Shown in pieces: positions 25,439-39,610 of a stretch of DNA of 64,000 nt. The stretch is from the human T2T-CHM13v2.0 reference genome, Homo sapiens. The stretch lies in the NCBI RefSeq assembly GCF_009914755.1, contig NC_060929.1; one strand, 5' to 3'. Every line of letters begins with the position of its first letter. Position 1 is the first letter of the stretch. The position numbers and the translations under genes were made by a program. A model generated the notes under the pieces. That model was given only the letters and a program-made list of their open reading frames with translations. It did no database searches and was not told the origin of the DNA.

Positions 25439-26091
25439 CGTGGGTACCACAAAGCATTTGCAGAAGTTAAAATTTTATCAGTGTTTCACTTTGCCATTTT
25501 ATCCTACTCTGACACAAAAAGAACCCTGTTGATTATGTGTGGTAGCAATGGCAATTACAGTTTTTTAAATGGGTTTCCTCTCCCAGAAAAACAGGTAGGC
25601 AATAAAGGGTATTGAAAAATGCCCTCTCTGAAAAATATTGAGCTAAAAATCAGGTGGTAAAGGCCTGTTAAGGATAGGTGAACAGGACTGAGTGCTTTGT
25701 ATGTCAGCAACCTTTGCCTAGATAGGAGCAGATGGGCAGAAAAGTGATCATGGGTAGTTTCCCTCAGCTTGTCTGTTTGACACCAAAGTCTGGGCAGATC
25801 TCTCTGTAATCTCGCTGTGTGTACGAAGAAAAATAAAGCAGCCTGAAATGAAACCTCTGAAATACTATGGAACAAGGGAAGATTTATTATTGAAAATAAT
25901 TGTAATAAAACATTAATTTCAGTAATTGATAGTGTTTATGAACACCGTGTTTTATATCAGTAGTGCTCAATCTGTGTTTCAGGGATTCTGCAAATAGTGA
26001 AATATTTAACCCCTTAATTGCTTTGGTCAGGTTAACATTTTGGGGTTCCTTATAAGATTTTGTATGAGGGAAAAGTGCAACTGCTACTGTC

Positions 26092-26372
26092 TTTTTTTTT
26101 TTTTTTTTTTTTTTGAGACAGAGTCTCGCTCTGTCTTCCAGGCTGGAGTGCAGTGGCACATCTTAGCTCACTGCAAGCTCCGCCTTCCAGGTTCACACCA
26201 TTCTCCTGCCTCAGCCTCCCGAGTAGCTGGGACTACAGGCGCCCACCACCACGCCTGGCTAATTTTTTTGTATTTTTAATAGAGACGGAGTTTCACTGTG
26301 TTAGCCAGGATGGTCTTGATCTCCTGACCTCGTGATCTGCCCGCTTTGGCCTCCCAAAGTCCTGGGATTACA
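26092..26372 (-). mobile_element. AluY, slightly 5'-truncated
   Basis: AluY-type CTGCAAGCTCCGCC, CACCATTCTCC and GTGTTAGCCAGGATGG; TSD GCTACTGTCTT/GCTACTTTCTT. Confidence 0.9.
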
Positions 26373-27494
26373 GCTACTTTCTTAAATAATGTGATTCACA
26401 AAAAATTTATTTTAAAGAAATTTCACAAAATGAATCAATCCAATTGCTTTAGAGGATCTTCACTAATCACCATTAAATATTTTATTGTGAAACTAGGGTT
26501 GTTGAATTTACTAACAGTCATGAGTAACTTCAGAATGTAGGAAACATTAGTGTCTGGAAACATTCAAAGAAAACAAGCTAAATTGCATACTTCAGGAGCC
26601 TCCAAGGGCCTCAGTGAATGAGAAGACAGAAGAAATAACTGGGACAGCTTGGCTGTTTTAGTATTATAAGCTAAATCTTTATCTTAGCGTAAGATCTAAG
26701 AGTATTACTGAATTTCAGGGAGATTCATGCTGAAGGACTATATAGAACAGCTGTCTCCAGAGGCATTTACTGCCAGATAGTAGTAAGTTTATACGAGAAT
26801 AAGTGATAGCAAATTGAGTATGTCTTGATGCAGATTCCATACTCCTGAAGAAAGGGAGAAAAGTACACAAAAGCAAAGAAAAAGTTTAAAGTAAAGAAGG
26901 CCACCAGTATTCATATGGTAAGATAGTAATGTGTGCAGAGTCTTTGCAGACCCTGTCAATGTATTGGACCCTGTTTTATTTTTAGAATGGCTAAAGGAGA
27001 GTACTTCCGATGTCACGTAAAAGGTGATCAAGACTGAATATAGATCTTGACATTCCATCTCGGAGCTAGTTGCTGCTTCCATTCCTTACCTTCTGCTACT
27101 GTAGCCGGCTAAGATGCCAGCAGGTTGGGGAGGACAACCAATGATGTTTGTTGCATCCTCCATTTCAGTATGTGACCATCAGCTTAGAATTCTCTGTCAA
27201 AACTTCAATGCATCTCACTCTTCTCATCCTTAGAAATCTCAAGACTAGAAAATAAGAACATCTTCCTCACAAAGTGATGGGAATAATTTCAGAAGTCACT
27301 TAACTTCTAGGACTCAGTTTCCTCATCTATAAAATGGAGTTAACAGTCCCTACCTCATAGGAATGTCTTGATGATTAAGGGAACTAATGCCACTTAATAA
27401 GTACTACACTAAAAAATGATAGCTAGTTTAAAAAATAATATTAATGCTTTGATTTCATGTTTTATATATGGAAATTTTAGTTTCAAATATATGA

Positions 27495-27852
<358 letters not shown>

Positions 27853-27987
27853 TCAAAAAGTATACATTTTTTGATGGATAGTTTCATAAACAGCATAGTA
27901 ACATATAGTTATCAAACCACATATGATGTCCTGAAACTCAGACTGTGTTCTTTAATGGATTTTCTAAAACATCAGTCTCTATAATAG

Positions 27988-28395
27988 CTTTATTAGGCTG
28001 CATTGGGCACCCCCAAATTCATGTGTTGAAGGCCTAATTCCTAGTACCTCCGAACATGGCTATTTGGAGGATAGGGACTTGAAAGAGGTGATTAAGTTAA
28101 AATGAGTTTGTTAGTGTGGGCCCTAATCCAATCTGACTGGTATCCTTATACATAGAACAAATTTGGACACATAAAGACCTACTGGTTATGTGTGCCTACA
28201 GAGGAAAGATCATGTGAGGACACATTGAGAAGACAGCCATCTGCAGCCCAAGGAGAGAGGTCACAGAAGAAACCAAACCTGCTGATGTCTTGATTTTTGG
28301 CTTCTAGTCTCCAGAACTGTGAGACAATAAGTTTCTGTTGTTTAAACTACCCAGTCTGTGGTACTTTGTTATGGTAGTACTAGCAAACTCATACC
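27988..28395 (+). mobile_element. MLT1A/B-type MaLR solo LTR
   Basis: CCCCAAATTCATGTGTTGAAG..CCCTAATCCAATCTGACTGG..CAGAACTGTGAGACAATAAG..CCCAGTCTGTGGTACTTTGTTATGG. Confidence 0.85.
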
Positions 28396-31300
28396 GTTGT
28401 CCTGTTTTTAGTGATTTTGGTTTGATCTTTGAGTGTTAGTGGGAACAGCCTTATTTGCCCATTATAAAGTACTTTATTATCTTTTTTTTCTAATTGTTTA
28501 ACATCTATTGATGGTTTTGTCTAGATCCATTATTTCATCGGGGTCAAAAATGGTAATTTTAATATAATCACCCTTCATTTTTTAGCACTGTGCTTCTATA
28601 CTGAAGAATTTTTGCTCACCAACTATTTGGTTACCGTGAAATAGTCTGTATTGCAAAGGTACAATAACTGCTTGATTGGATTCTTTCTCTTTTTAAATTC
28701 ATTTTTAGATTCTGACATCCTCCATATCACCTGAGAATCCTAAAATTTCAGGTTTGGGGATTTGAATTTATACTATTAGGGTGAGCCAAAGACTTCCAAA
28801 CTGAGAAATTTATATAAAGTATCCCTGGGCTGGTGATGCCTTTGGAACACCTGGCGGATATGGTGTGAAACTCTGTTTCCAGGAGGGGCAGATTCTCAAG
28901 GTCACATGCTAGTCTTCAATCCATGAGGAAATGAATGAGAGTTAATATATCCCCAGAAAATTTAGGTAAACCCAGGGCTGAGTCTTTGGTCTTTTCTCTG
29001 TCCATGCTCACAACCTTGTAGATATCATTTATTTTCATGGCTTTAGAGAACCATCCCACATTTAAATCTTTTGTTCAGAGATCTCATACCTAAATATATC
29101 ACAAACCAAACTCCTGACTGTCCTTTCTGTTTCACTGGCACCCTTTCCCTTACCCGTTGATGGCAGTTTCATCTTTACAGTTGCTTATGACAAAGAATTT
29201 GGAGATCCTTAGATCCTCATAGACTCTACATCCAATCTGTCTGGAAATCATCTCTGCTTTACTTTCAGCATATATCTAGAATTTGATGATAACTTAACAC
29301 CTTCACTGCTATCACCTTAATCTAACTTTTGGCTATATTCCTGTAGCAGCATTTTTCATCATAACAGTGTTTGTCTGGTAGATTAGTTAGTTGATACTTT
29401 TCATAAACATAGTCCTGTTTTACACTCAGAGTTTTATTTAAAAATAAATATGATAATTCATTTAAAAAGTACTGCTTTATCTCATTTTTCTTTTCTTTAT
29501 GTAATTATGAGTAAATTAAGAGTTTACTAGGGAAAGGGCAGAAGCTTGTAGAAGCGTATTGTATACTAGGACAAGCATTTTGATTCAACCAGAAGCATAT
29601 GAGTATGTAAATCATAATTTAGTTTCTAATTAGGTTTTTTTCCCATGTAATTCAACCTAATGTATTTAAACATTGGTTTGGCTCTTAGGTGAATTTAAAT
29701 GAAATAAAGAATGTGGTTTATACCTGATATGTTTGGATTTCCTTTCAATGCCCAAAGAGAGAACAGTAGCTCTAATTGCCACAAATTCATTTCAGCAACA
29801 TATATAGTCACATACAAGGCAGCCTGTGGTATTGAGGGGGACTACAAAAACTTGAGCTACTGCTTATGCCCTATCTCTGGGAGTTTACAAGTAGAGGAAG
29901 AATCAGATGTACTCATTAGTGTGTTATCTGGTGATGCAAAGACATAAGTACAACATAAAGGCATAAGTAACAGATGAACAAAGGTATCAGATGAACAAAG
30001 GTAAAAGCTGTTTAGGAACAGAGCAAACAATAAAAGTGCTAGGAATGTAAAACTCTCTTTTGGGGAAGATGGTGGGATAAGTAAGTAAACAAGCCCAAGT
30101 CTCTCGGCTTCCCAGGCAGTGCTTTATTGGCCAGTGTTTTATCTGCTAGGAAATACCTGCTTTTTTTTCTCCATTATCTGGCAATTTTTTGGAGCCGTAT
30201 CTTTTGAGGTAACCTAGTATAGTTGCCTCTGCATCAAACAAAATGTCTCTGTATGTGACAATTCCTCTTGCCCTGAAGTAAAAAGGATTTTGAAGCCAAG
30301 TCAGTGTGCTTGTCTGTGCAGCCACCTTTCATCTGAATCCTTTCTTGATTACTGATACATCAAGAAGAATATATCTAGTAAGAGTATGGCAAATCAGACA
30401 AATACTTATTATCAACATTTGGTTAAAACAACACTTTATGTCATATTAATATATTTAACATAAGGTAAATATGTTTTAGCCCGTATTTCCCCTTCTAAGA
30501 AGTCAGCCTGAGAAGCACTTGGGAGGAAGAAGGCTCCATTTGACCTCAGGCTCAAGTCTTTATTTAGATGTTTTCCTTTGAGAACCCTGACAATTTTTGC
30601 CTGTTCTCTCCCAGTCAACTGGCTTAGAACCCCTCTCACCCTCTCATATGCTTTCATAGCACGTGTCTTTGTTATTCTTTATGTTCTGGGACAAAATAAT
30701 AGTTTCTCAGCAAATAATTATTGAATATTAACTGAAAAGAAATTTCCTGATTTTATTTTCTTCTTTACTGTATCTTTATGGTCCAATCAGAAATATTATT
30801 GGGACCTTCATTAAAATTATATTTAGATGTATCATGTCCTGGATTGCTCAAGAATCTCCAAAAATAATGAAAACTCTTCTTTGGAGCCAGAACTTGTATA
30901 CTCATCATATGATGATTTCTGAGAGTCCCATGTAAATACCGACATGCACACAACATTTTGGAAAGTGTATTTCAGCATTTTGTACAACTCTCTTAATTCC
31001 GCATGCAATTTCTACCTTTTCATATATTTTTCCCATAAGAAAGTAGTGTGTTAGAAGTCAGTGAATATATGGGTCCTGCTTATTATTACTTTCATTCTTC
31101 TTTAAAATTCACTATTTTATGAAAGACAGGTAGCAATTAAAATGGACAAAACTAATCAGAACACATGTCTGCATTTCTTCAGTAATATTTTATAATTCTT
31201 AAAGATGTCACTTGGATTGAAATACTGCAGTGGGCATTCAAGACTAAGTGCCTGAGATATATTTGTGAGAAAAAGGAAAATGAGTCAGTTTACAAGAATA

Positions 31301-32939
31301 AAGAAGTGCTATTCAACTTTAATTGAAGTATGTGACTTAAGAACCTATGGGACAGGATATGAAGTACTGGTAGCAAGTACAATGACAAATTCATACTACT
31401 TTTTGTCATTAAGGTTGTTTATTATGCATTGCACTCTGCCTAACTCAACAAACCCAGAGAAGGTAGAAGAAAAGTAGAAATAAGGAAGGTGAGAGGTGGC
31501 TAGATGGAGATAGGAAAAATACTTATAGATGTGAACACCAAAGCATATGCAGAACCATTTAAACTATTGAAGTTGATTTTATCATGTTCAAACACAGAAG
31601 TATGTAACACCAACAATTATTTAAGAAGACTGTGGTCTCTCTCTCTGTAATTCGTGTTGGACAGTTTAAGTTCATAAATTAGCAGTTTCAAATGCAGTTT
31701 TCATTACTGCAGCATAGAATTATAAAATGACAGTTTAGAAATCACCTGACACCGTCTATTTGTGTAGATGAAGTATCTGATATCTTTCACAAAGATTGAA
31801 CAGTAATATGAGAGGGATCCCAGATTACAAACTGTCTTTCACCAAATAATACAGGTACTTGAAATATTCATTGAACTAAGTAAGTAAGGCACATACATTC
31901 CATAGGCATCTGGCCATAACTGTGAGAAGCTGTTTTAATTTTTACTTAACATAGGAATACTTTTTGTGTCCTAAGGTGTTCTTAAATGATTCACGAACAA
32001 ATTAGGTGATTGTCTGTTTTGCAAGTTCAGCCATTTTACGTTTTTGCAGCATTTCACAGATCATTGACTGTAGTGTTGCTAGTATTTCTTTGCTGTGGCC
32101 TGCTTGGATTTGGACTCCTTTTATTTCAGTTCTTCCGTGCTCACAATAGGCATCAAGAAGATTCAATATCAGTAGGGTGAGCTGACATGTAATTAGTTTT
32201 ACAAAATAATTAATATCTGTGCAGCTCATCTGACAGAGTTATTATGTATGATGTTCTGCTCATGTTAACAGCCACGGATGCCAAAGCCCATTTCAACAAA
32301 GCAGTTGTGGGTTACTGTTGGGATTGCTATGCCCTGTGTAACAATGAGATTTCCCTTACATTAAGGACATGCTATTTCTTTATATCTACAAAAGGAATGT
32401 TCTTTCTCATTTTCTGGAGACATAAGGTCCTGAGCACTTACAGTATACAACCTTTAGGTGATTAATTATGCTAAACTTAATGGTTACAAATACATTATGG
32501 TTCTCGTAAACAAAAAAAAAAGTACATATTTTTAAGTGCCGTGCCCAGGAGGTATGGATAGTTTAAAAAAAATTTGGAAATATTATTTGCCCTGAGATGG
32601 TTTGAACTGGCTAAATTATTTAAGCATTTTATTTTCTAAGTTGGTATGCTTTGCTCCTTTCATAAATTTATCAATTTTACCTCACTTGAATTTTTATCTT
32701 AAGTTTTAAGAAAGATATTGATAATTGCTAAGGGAGCTCTAAGTTCTTTGGTCATTTCTCTTCTTGATTTTTCTTTCTTGTTCACTAACAGGATTTTTAC
32801 CCTTTGAGAAATATTTGGTGGGTTTTCTTTGTGCCGTGACTTTATTCTATGCAGGAAGTATAACAGAAAAGACACGTAATAAACATGAGCATTCTAATAA
32901 TGGCAAAATTGGGAGGACTGGCTTGGGTTCTATAGGTAC

Positions 32940-35052
32940 TGTTATGGACTGAATTGTGTCCCTCACCGCCTGCCCCAAAATTCATATGTTAAAGCCTTAA
33001 CTCCCAATGTGACTATATTTGGACATGAGGTCATAAAGGGAAAGTTAAGGTTAAATGAGGTCACAGGGTGAAACCCCAATCTAATAGGACTAGTGTAATT
33101 GTAAGAAGAGGAAGAGACATCTGAAGTATACACAAACAGAGGAAAGGACATATGAGGACTCAGCAGGAAAGTGGCCATCTGCAGGCCAAGAAGAGAGGTC
33201 TTACCAGAAAGAAACCCTGCCAATACCTTGATCTTAGACTTTCAGCCTCCATAACTATGAGACAATAAATTTCTTTGGTTTAAGCCACCCAGTCTATGGT
33301 ATTGTGTTATGGTAGCCCAAGCAGAATAGTGCATATTTTGGTACTGTGAATTGGTATTCTTCTGTAACAAACACATAAAAATGGAGAAACACTTTGGAAT
33401 TAGGTAACATATGGAGGCTGGAAGAGTTTTGATGCCTCTGTTAGAAAAAGCCTAGATTAACTTGAAGGAATCATTGGTAGGAATGTGGATGTTAAAGGTG
33501 ATTCTGGTGAAGTCTCAGACAGAAGTGAGGACTGTGTTATGGGAAATTGGAAGAAGGTAGTCCTTGTTATAAAGTGGCAAAAAAAGAAAAAAAGAAAAGA
33601 AAAACCTTGGCTGAATTGTATTCTAGTGCTTTGTGGAAGGTAGAACTTGTGAGTGATGACCTTGAATATTTAGCAGAGGAGATTTGTAAGCGAAGTGTTG
33701 AAGATGTGGCCCGGTTTCTCCTTACCGCTTACAGTCAACTCAAAAGGAGAAAGATGAATTATACAAGGAATTTTAAGCTAAAGGGAACCAGAAATTAAGA
33801 TTCTGAAAATTCTCAGCCTGTTTATATTGCATAATAAATACTGGAAAGCATGTTTTGGAGAGGACACTCACTGTATCGTTGGACAATCTTTCCATCCATA
33901 ATACTATGATGGGATTATAGCAGCAGAGATACTGCCATTTTGGATTAAAGGAGACAAGACAGGACAAAATAAAGGAAGGCTTTCAGACTTCTGGGATTCT
34001 ACAGAAAAGGACCATAGGCCTATCTGGCTATGAATATGCCTTATCCTTCAACAAAAGATAAGGACCCGAAGATGATACAGAGATGCCTCCACAGGCCCAG
34101 AGCACACAGACTCACAGGGCTAAGGCTGTTTCTTCCTCAGTTTGAGTATAGGGCCATCTCTTCAGTTTTAGCAGTTGAATATTTGTATACTTGTGTCCAT
34201 AGCCTTAGGGGCAAGGCTGCCACCCAGAGCCAAGGGAGCAGGTCTGCCATCTCAGTGGGCCGAGAAAACAAAGCCGCTGTTATGGTGGGCCTGTAGGTCA
34301 GACCATTAAGCCAGAAAGGATTATTATTGTGCCTTAATTTGTCTTGCTAGGTAATGAACTTGCTTGCAACCTGTCATCCCTTTCTTTGTTCTGATTTCTC
34401 CCTTTTAGAATGGGAATGGCAACCCTATGCATGTGCCACCATTGTATTTTAGAAGCATATACATTGCATGCTTTCACAGTTTCACAGCTGGAGAGGAATT
34501 TTGCCTCGTGATTAGTTATACCTTGAGTCTCATCCATACCTGATTTAGATGATATTTAGATGCGACTTTGGATTTGGAGTTGATGCTAACATGAGTTAAG
34601 ACTTTTGGGAGCTGTTGGGATGGAGTGGATGTTTTTTTGCATGTGAAGAGGACATGAATTTGGGGGTCCAGAGGGAGGAATGTTACAGATTGAATTGTGT
34701 CCTCTCCCCTAAATCCATATGTTGAAGTTCTAACCCCCAATTTGGAGATAAGGTTTTTAAGGAGGTAATTAATGTTAAATGAGGTCAAAAGGGTGGGGCT
34801 GTAACCCAGTAGGACTCCTGTTCCTAAGAGGAGGAGACACCAGAAGTACACATGCACAGAGGAAAGGCCATGTGAGGACACAGTAAGAATGTGGCTGTCT
34901 GCAAGCCAAAATGAGAAGCCTCACCAGAAAACAACCCTACCAACATCTTAATTTTGAATTTCCAGCATTCAGAGCTGTGAGAAAATAATTTTCTGTTGTT
35001 TAAGCCCCCTAGTCTGTGGTATTCTGTTATTGAAACCCAAGCAGACTAGTAC
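32940..35052 (+). mobile_element. Two-LTR MaLR provirus (MLT1A0-like): LTR 32940-33332, internal ~1.35 kb, LTR 34681-35052
   Basis: Two homologous LTRs (TGTTA..TGAATTGTGTCC...CCCAAGCAGA.TAGT.CA); MaLR internal peptide SPCYKVAK..LAELYSSALWKVELVSDDLEYLAEEI; PPT GGGGGTCCAGAGGGAGGAA before the 3' LTR. Confidence 0.88.
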
Positions 35053-35224
35053 ATATATCATACTGATGAAGTATAACTTTTTTTACATTTAGAAAAGCAG
35101 CGTTGATACTAAATTTCAAAAGAAGGGTGTAAAAACCCAAGACAAAAGTAAACTTCTCCTTTTTTTGTTAATGAATACCAGTAACTTTGAGTAGATGGTA
35201 TTGTTATTAGATGTCAAAATAGTT

Positions 35225-35580
35225 TTTTAAATTTGTAGACTATTTTTAGAGCAGTCTGTTTATAGAAAAAATGAGCAGAAAGTTACAGAAAGTTCCCATT
35301 TATTTCTGTATGGAAAGTACAGAACACTTCCTCTTACCATGCAGTTTCTCCTATCATTAACGTTTTGTATTAATGTGGTACACTTGTTACAATTGATCAA
35401 TGAATATTAACTAAAATTAATAATTTACATTAGGATTTATTCTTGGAGTTGTATAGTTCTGTGGATGTTGACAAATGTATAACATCATGTGTCCACCATT
35501 ACAATATCATACAGTATTGTTTTACTGCCCTAAAATTCTCCTGCATTTCACCTATTCATCCTTCTCCTCCCCCCAGATAC
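35225..35580 (-). mobile_element. L1MC/MB 3' UTR fragment
   Basis: GGTACACTTGTTACAATTGAT..TTGACAAATGTATAA..TTTACTGCCCTAAAATT. Confidence 0.7.
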
Positions 35581-36499
35581 TTAGATATTAATACAAGGTG
35601 ATGAGACTGCTAGAAAGCACTAATTGGAAATTGTCTTTCTTTACTATTCTGATAGAAAATATAGACTATTTCACAAAGGTCAATGCATGAAATACAAACA
35701 TATTTTTTCTGTTGTCTAATGACTTTAAAGACTAATATGTCAGTGTTTAATTGGCTTATGTTTTGCTATTGAATTTTAGAAGATTTTTATGTTTTTATAT
35801 TAGCACCTTATCTAAATGGTTTCCAAATATTTTTATCCCATTCCATAAGTTGCCTTTTCACTCTGTTGATTGTTTCCTTTGCTGTGCAGAACTTTTTGGT
35901 TTAATGTAGTTTTACTTGTCTATTTTTGGTTTTATTGCCTGTCCATTTTGTGTCAAATTCAAGAAATGCTTTCCAAGACTAATGCCAAAAAACTTTCTCT
36001 GTTTTCTTCCAGGAGTTTTACAGGTTCAGATATTACTGTTTAAGTGTTTAATTCATTTCGAGTTGATTTTTGCATATGGTGTAAGATAGGGGTCCAATTT
36101 TATTTTTTTTGCATGTGGGTGTCCAGTTTTCTCACCATCATTTGTTGAAGAAACTGTCCTATTCACCCACTGTGGTCTTGACACCCTTGTCAAAGATCAC
36201 TTGATCATATATGCCTGATTTTGAGATAGCAAACAAACAAAACAATTAAAAATGGGTAATAGACTTGAATAGACATTTTTGCTAAGAAGACATACAAATG
36301 GCCACTAGATACATGAAAGGGTTCTTAATATCAGTAATCATCAGGGAAAGGCAGTTCAGAATTACAATGAAATATTGTCTCACACCTGTTAGGATATTAC
36401 CAAATAAAAGGTAAGGGTTGGCCAGGATGTAGAGAAATTTTGTACACATTTGGTGGGAATATCGAATGGTGTAGTCACTATTAAAAACAGTATGGAGTT

Positions 36500-36797
<298 letters not shown>

Positions 36798-37007
36798 CAC
36801 AGTATGGAGGTCTTCAGAAAATTAAAAGTAGAACTACCACATGATCCAGCAATCCTATGTCTGATGTATATACAGAATAATTGAAGTAACAGTCTCAAAG
36901 AGATAATTGCATCCTCATGTTCATTTCAGCATTATTCAGAGTAGCCAAAATAAGGGGAGAAAAAACCAGGTGCCTATTGACAAATGAATGCATGCAGAAA
37001 GTGTGGC

Positions 37008-37010
<3 letters not shown>

Positions 37011-37050
<40 letters not shown>
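37011..37050. repeat. (TA)20 microsatellite
   Basis: Perfect TA run inside the L1. Confidence 0.97.
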
Positions 37051-37055
<5 letters not shown>

Positions 37056-38116
37056 AAACATTCAGCATCGAAAAAGAAGGCAATCCTACCATTTGTAAAA
37101 TGGATGCACCTAGAGAACATTATGCTAAGTGAAATAAGGCAGTCACAGAAGGGCAAATACATTATTATACTTATATGAGGTTATCTAAGATAGTCAAACT
37201 CATAGATGCAGGGAATAGAATTGTGACTGTCGGGATGGGGGAAAGGAAATCAGTAACTGTTGCTTAATGGGTATACAGTTTTAGGTATGTAAGATGAATA
37301 AGTTCTACAGATCTGATGTGCAATATATTACCTATAGTTAACAGTACAGTATTATGCACTTTAAAATATGTTAAGAGGATAGATTTCATTTTAAGTGTTC
37401 TTAACCAAAACCAAACCCTACAAAGAACAAGGAAATTTTTGGAAGTGATGGATATATCAAGTACCTTGATTGTGGTGGTAGAATCTTGGGCATATACATA
37501 TGTCCAAACTCATCAAAATGTATATATTAAATATATGCAATTTTTGTATACCAATTGTATCTTAATAAAGCTTTTTTTAAAAAAAATTAACATCAGTCCA
37601 TATAAAGGATAGCAAATCACAAAGTTATCTGTTTTGAGAGGTTCTCAGCATTACATTAGATCTTTCTATCTTGGCCCATTCCCAATTGTTTAGGATTTGG
37701 ATTATGAAAGTCGTCTTTAGCATTTAACCAGTTCTTTGGTAGTGACAAGGGCTGGTACTGTTTATCCACATATAAATTTATCTGTTATATATCACTTTTA
37801 TAATGAAAGATCAGCCTGGGTTCATTTCCACACTTTCTTGTTCTCCAGTTTTTCCTTGGTGATAGATAAGTAATCCCTGTATGGGCAATGGTGGGAAAAC
37901 ACATCTGTGATTTCTTGTCTCATTGCAAGGGCTTGACTTTTACCTATCCGAAAACCTTGACCTTTTAACCAGGGCCCAATAATAAGAGTTGTCACTGTAG
38001 ACACTGCCCCATATTGGGCACCCTTTACCTACTGTTATCAAACAGAGGCAAGCATGAGGTTATATTGATGAGAGGAAAAGAGGGAAAGGAAGAGAGACAC
38101 ACTTTAAAGTTACAAG

Positions 38117-38976
38117 TTTTTTTTTTTATTATACTTTAAGTTTTAGGGTACATGTGCACAACGTGCAGGTTTGTTGCATATGTATACATGTGCCATGTTG
38201 GTGTGCTGCACCCATTAACTCGTCATTTAACATTAGGTATATCTCCTAATGCTATCCCTCCCTTTTCCCCCCACCCCACAACAGTCCCCGGTGTGTGATG
38301 TTCCCCTTCCTGTGTCCATGTGTTCTCATTGTTCAATTCCCACCTATGAGTGAGAACATGCAGTGTTTGGTTTTTTGTCCTTGCGATAGTTTGCTGAGAA
38401 TGATGGTTTCCAGCTTCATCCATGTCCCTACAAAGGACAAGAACTCATCCTTTTTTATGGCTGCATAGTATTCCATGGTGTATATGGGCCACATTTTCTT
38501 AATCCAATCTATCATTGTTGGACATTTGGGTTGGTTCCAAGTCTTTGCTATTGTGAATAGTGCCACAATAAACATCCGTGTGCATGTGTCTTTATAGCAG
38601 CATGATTTATAATCCTTTGGATATATACCCAGTAATGGGATGGCTGGGTCAAATGGTATTTCTAGTTCCAGATCCCTGAGGACTCGCCATACTGACTTCC
38701 ACAATGGTTGAACTAGTTTACAGTCCCACCAACAGTGTAAAAGTGTTCCTATTTCTCCACATCCTCTCCAGCACCTATTGTTTCCTGACTTTTTAATGAT
38801 CACCATTCAAACTGGTGTGAGATGGTATCTCGTTGTTTTGATTTGCATTTCTCTGTTGGCCAGTGATGATGAGCATTTTTTCATGTGTCTTTTGGCTGCA
38901 TAAATGTCTTCTTTTGAGAAGTGTCTGTTCATATCCTTCGCCCACTTTTTGATGGGGTTGTTTGTTTTTTTCTTGT
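38117..38976 (-). mobile_element. Young 5'-truncated L1PA (about L1PA3-5)
   Basis: Open 157-aa ORF2 C-terminus ([27 protein letters not shown], 38333-38806), L1PA 3' UTR, and perfect TSD AAGTTACAAGTTTT (38107-38120 / 38981-38994). Confidence 0.95.
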
Positions 38977-39610
38977 TTACAAGTTACAAGTTTTAAAAGA
39001 AATTTTCATATTGAAATATACAGATAGGAAAATGAACAGATCACAAGTATACAGCAAATGAATTTTCACAAACTGAACATGTATATATGTATGTAAAATA
39101 CCAGTACCCAGAGTAGGAAAACTAGTAGTATGTTAGAAATTAGTATATTTCTAGCACCACAGAAGCTTATCAGGTATTATGTTAGCTTATTTATAAATTT
39201 AACATTGTATCCCAGGAGATTCTTTTTTTGAGTAGTACAGTTTCTCCTTCAAATAAGGAAAACTGTATAGGAAAATGTTTTCCATGATCTTATCCTCACC
39301 AGTTATCCTAGTGACAAATGTACATATTGGGGGTAGAGTGTCTTCTAGCTGATTAGTAATACTGAAAGTATTTCATGTAAGTCTAAAAGTTGAATTTAAA
39401 CATTTTTAAACCAAGCATATTTACTAATATAGGAAAGTTTTATATACCAAGTGTATGAAAGTTATGTAGTTAAAATCATCGTAGTAAGCAAATTGTTATT
39501 AACCACCTCCTGTGTAGTTAGGAAATAAAGAAATACCATGTGAAAGGGGTGTGTTCTCCCCAGTTCCTCAGCATCAGGGAACAAACTTGCTAACTGTTGT
39601 TATTTATGTG

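Noticed and set aside
38333-38806. 157-aa ORF as an active L1 or host gene
   Set aside because: Only the ORF2 C-terminus of an ~860-bp truncated copy, with no promoter, EN or RT.
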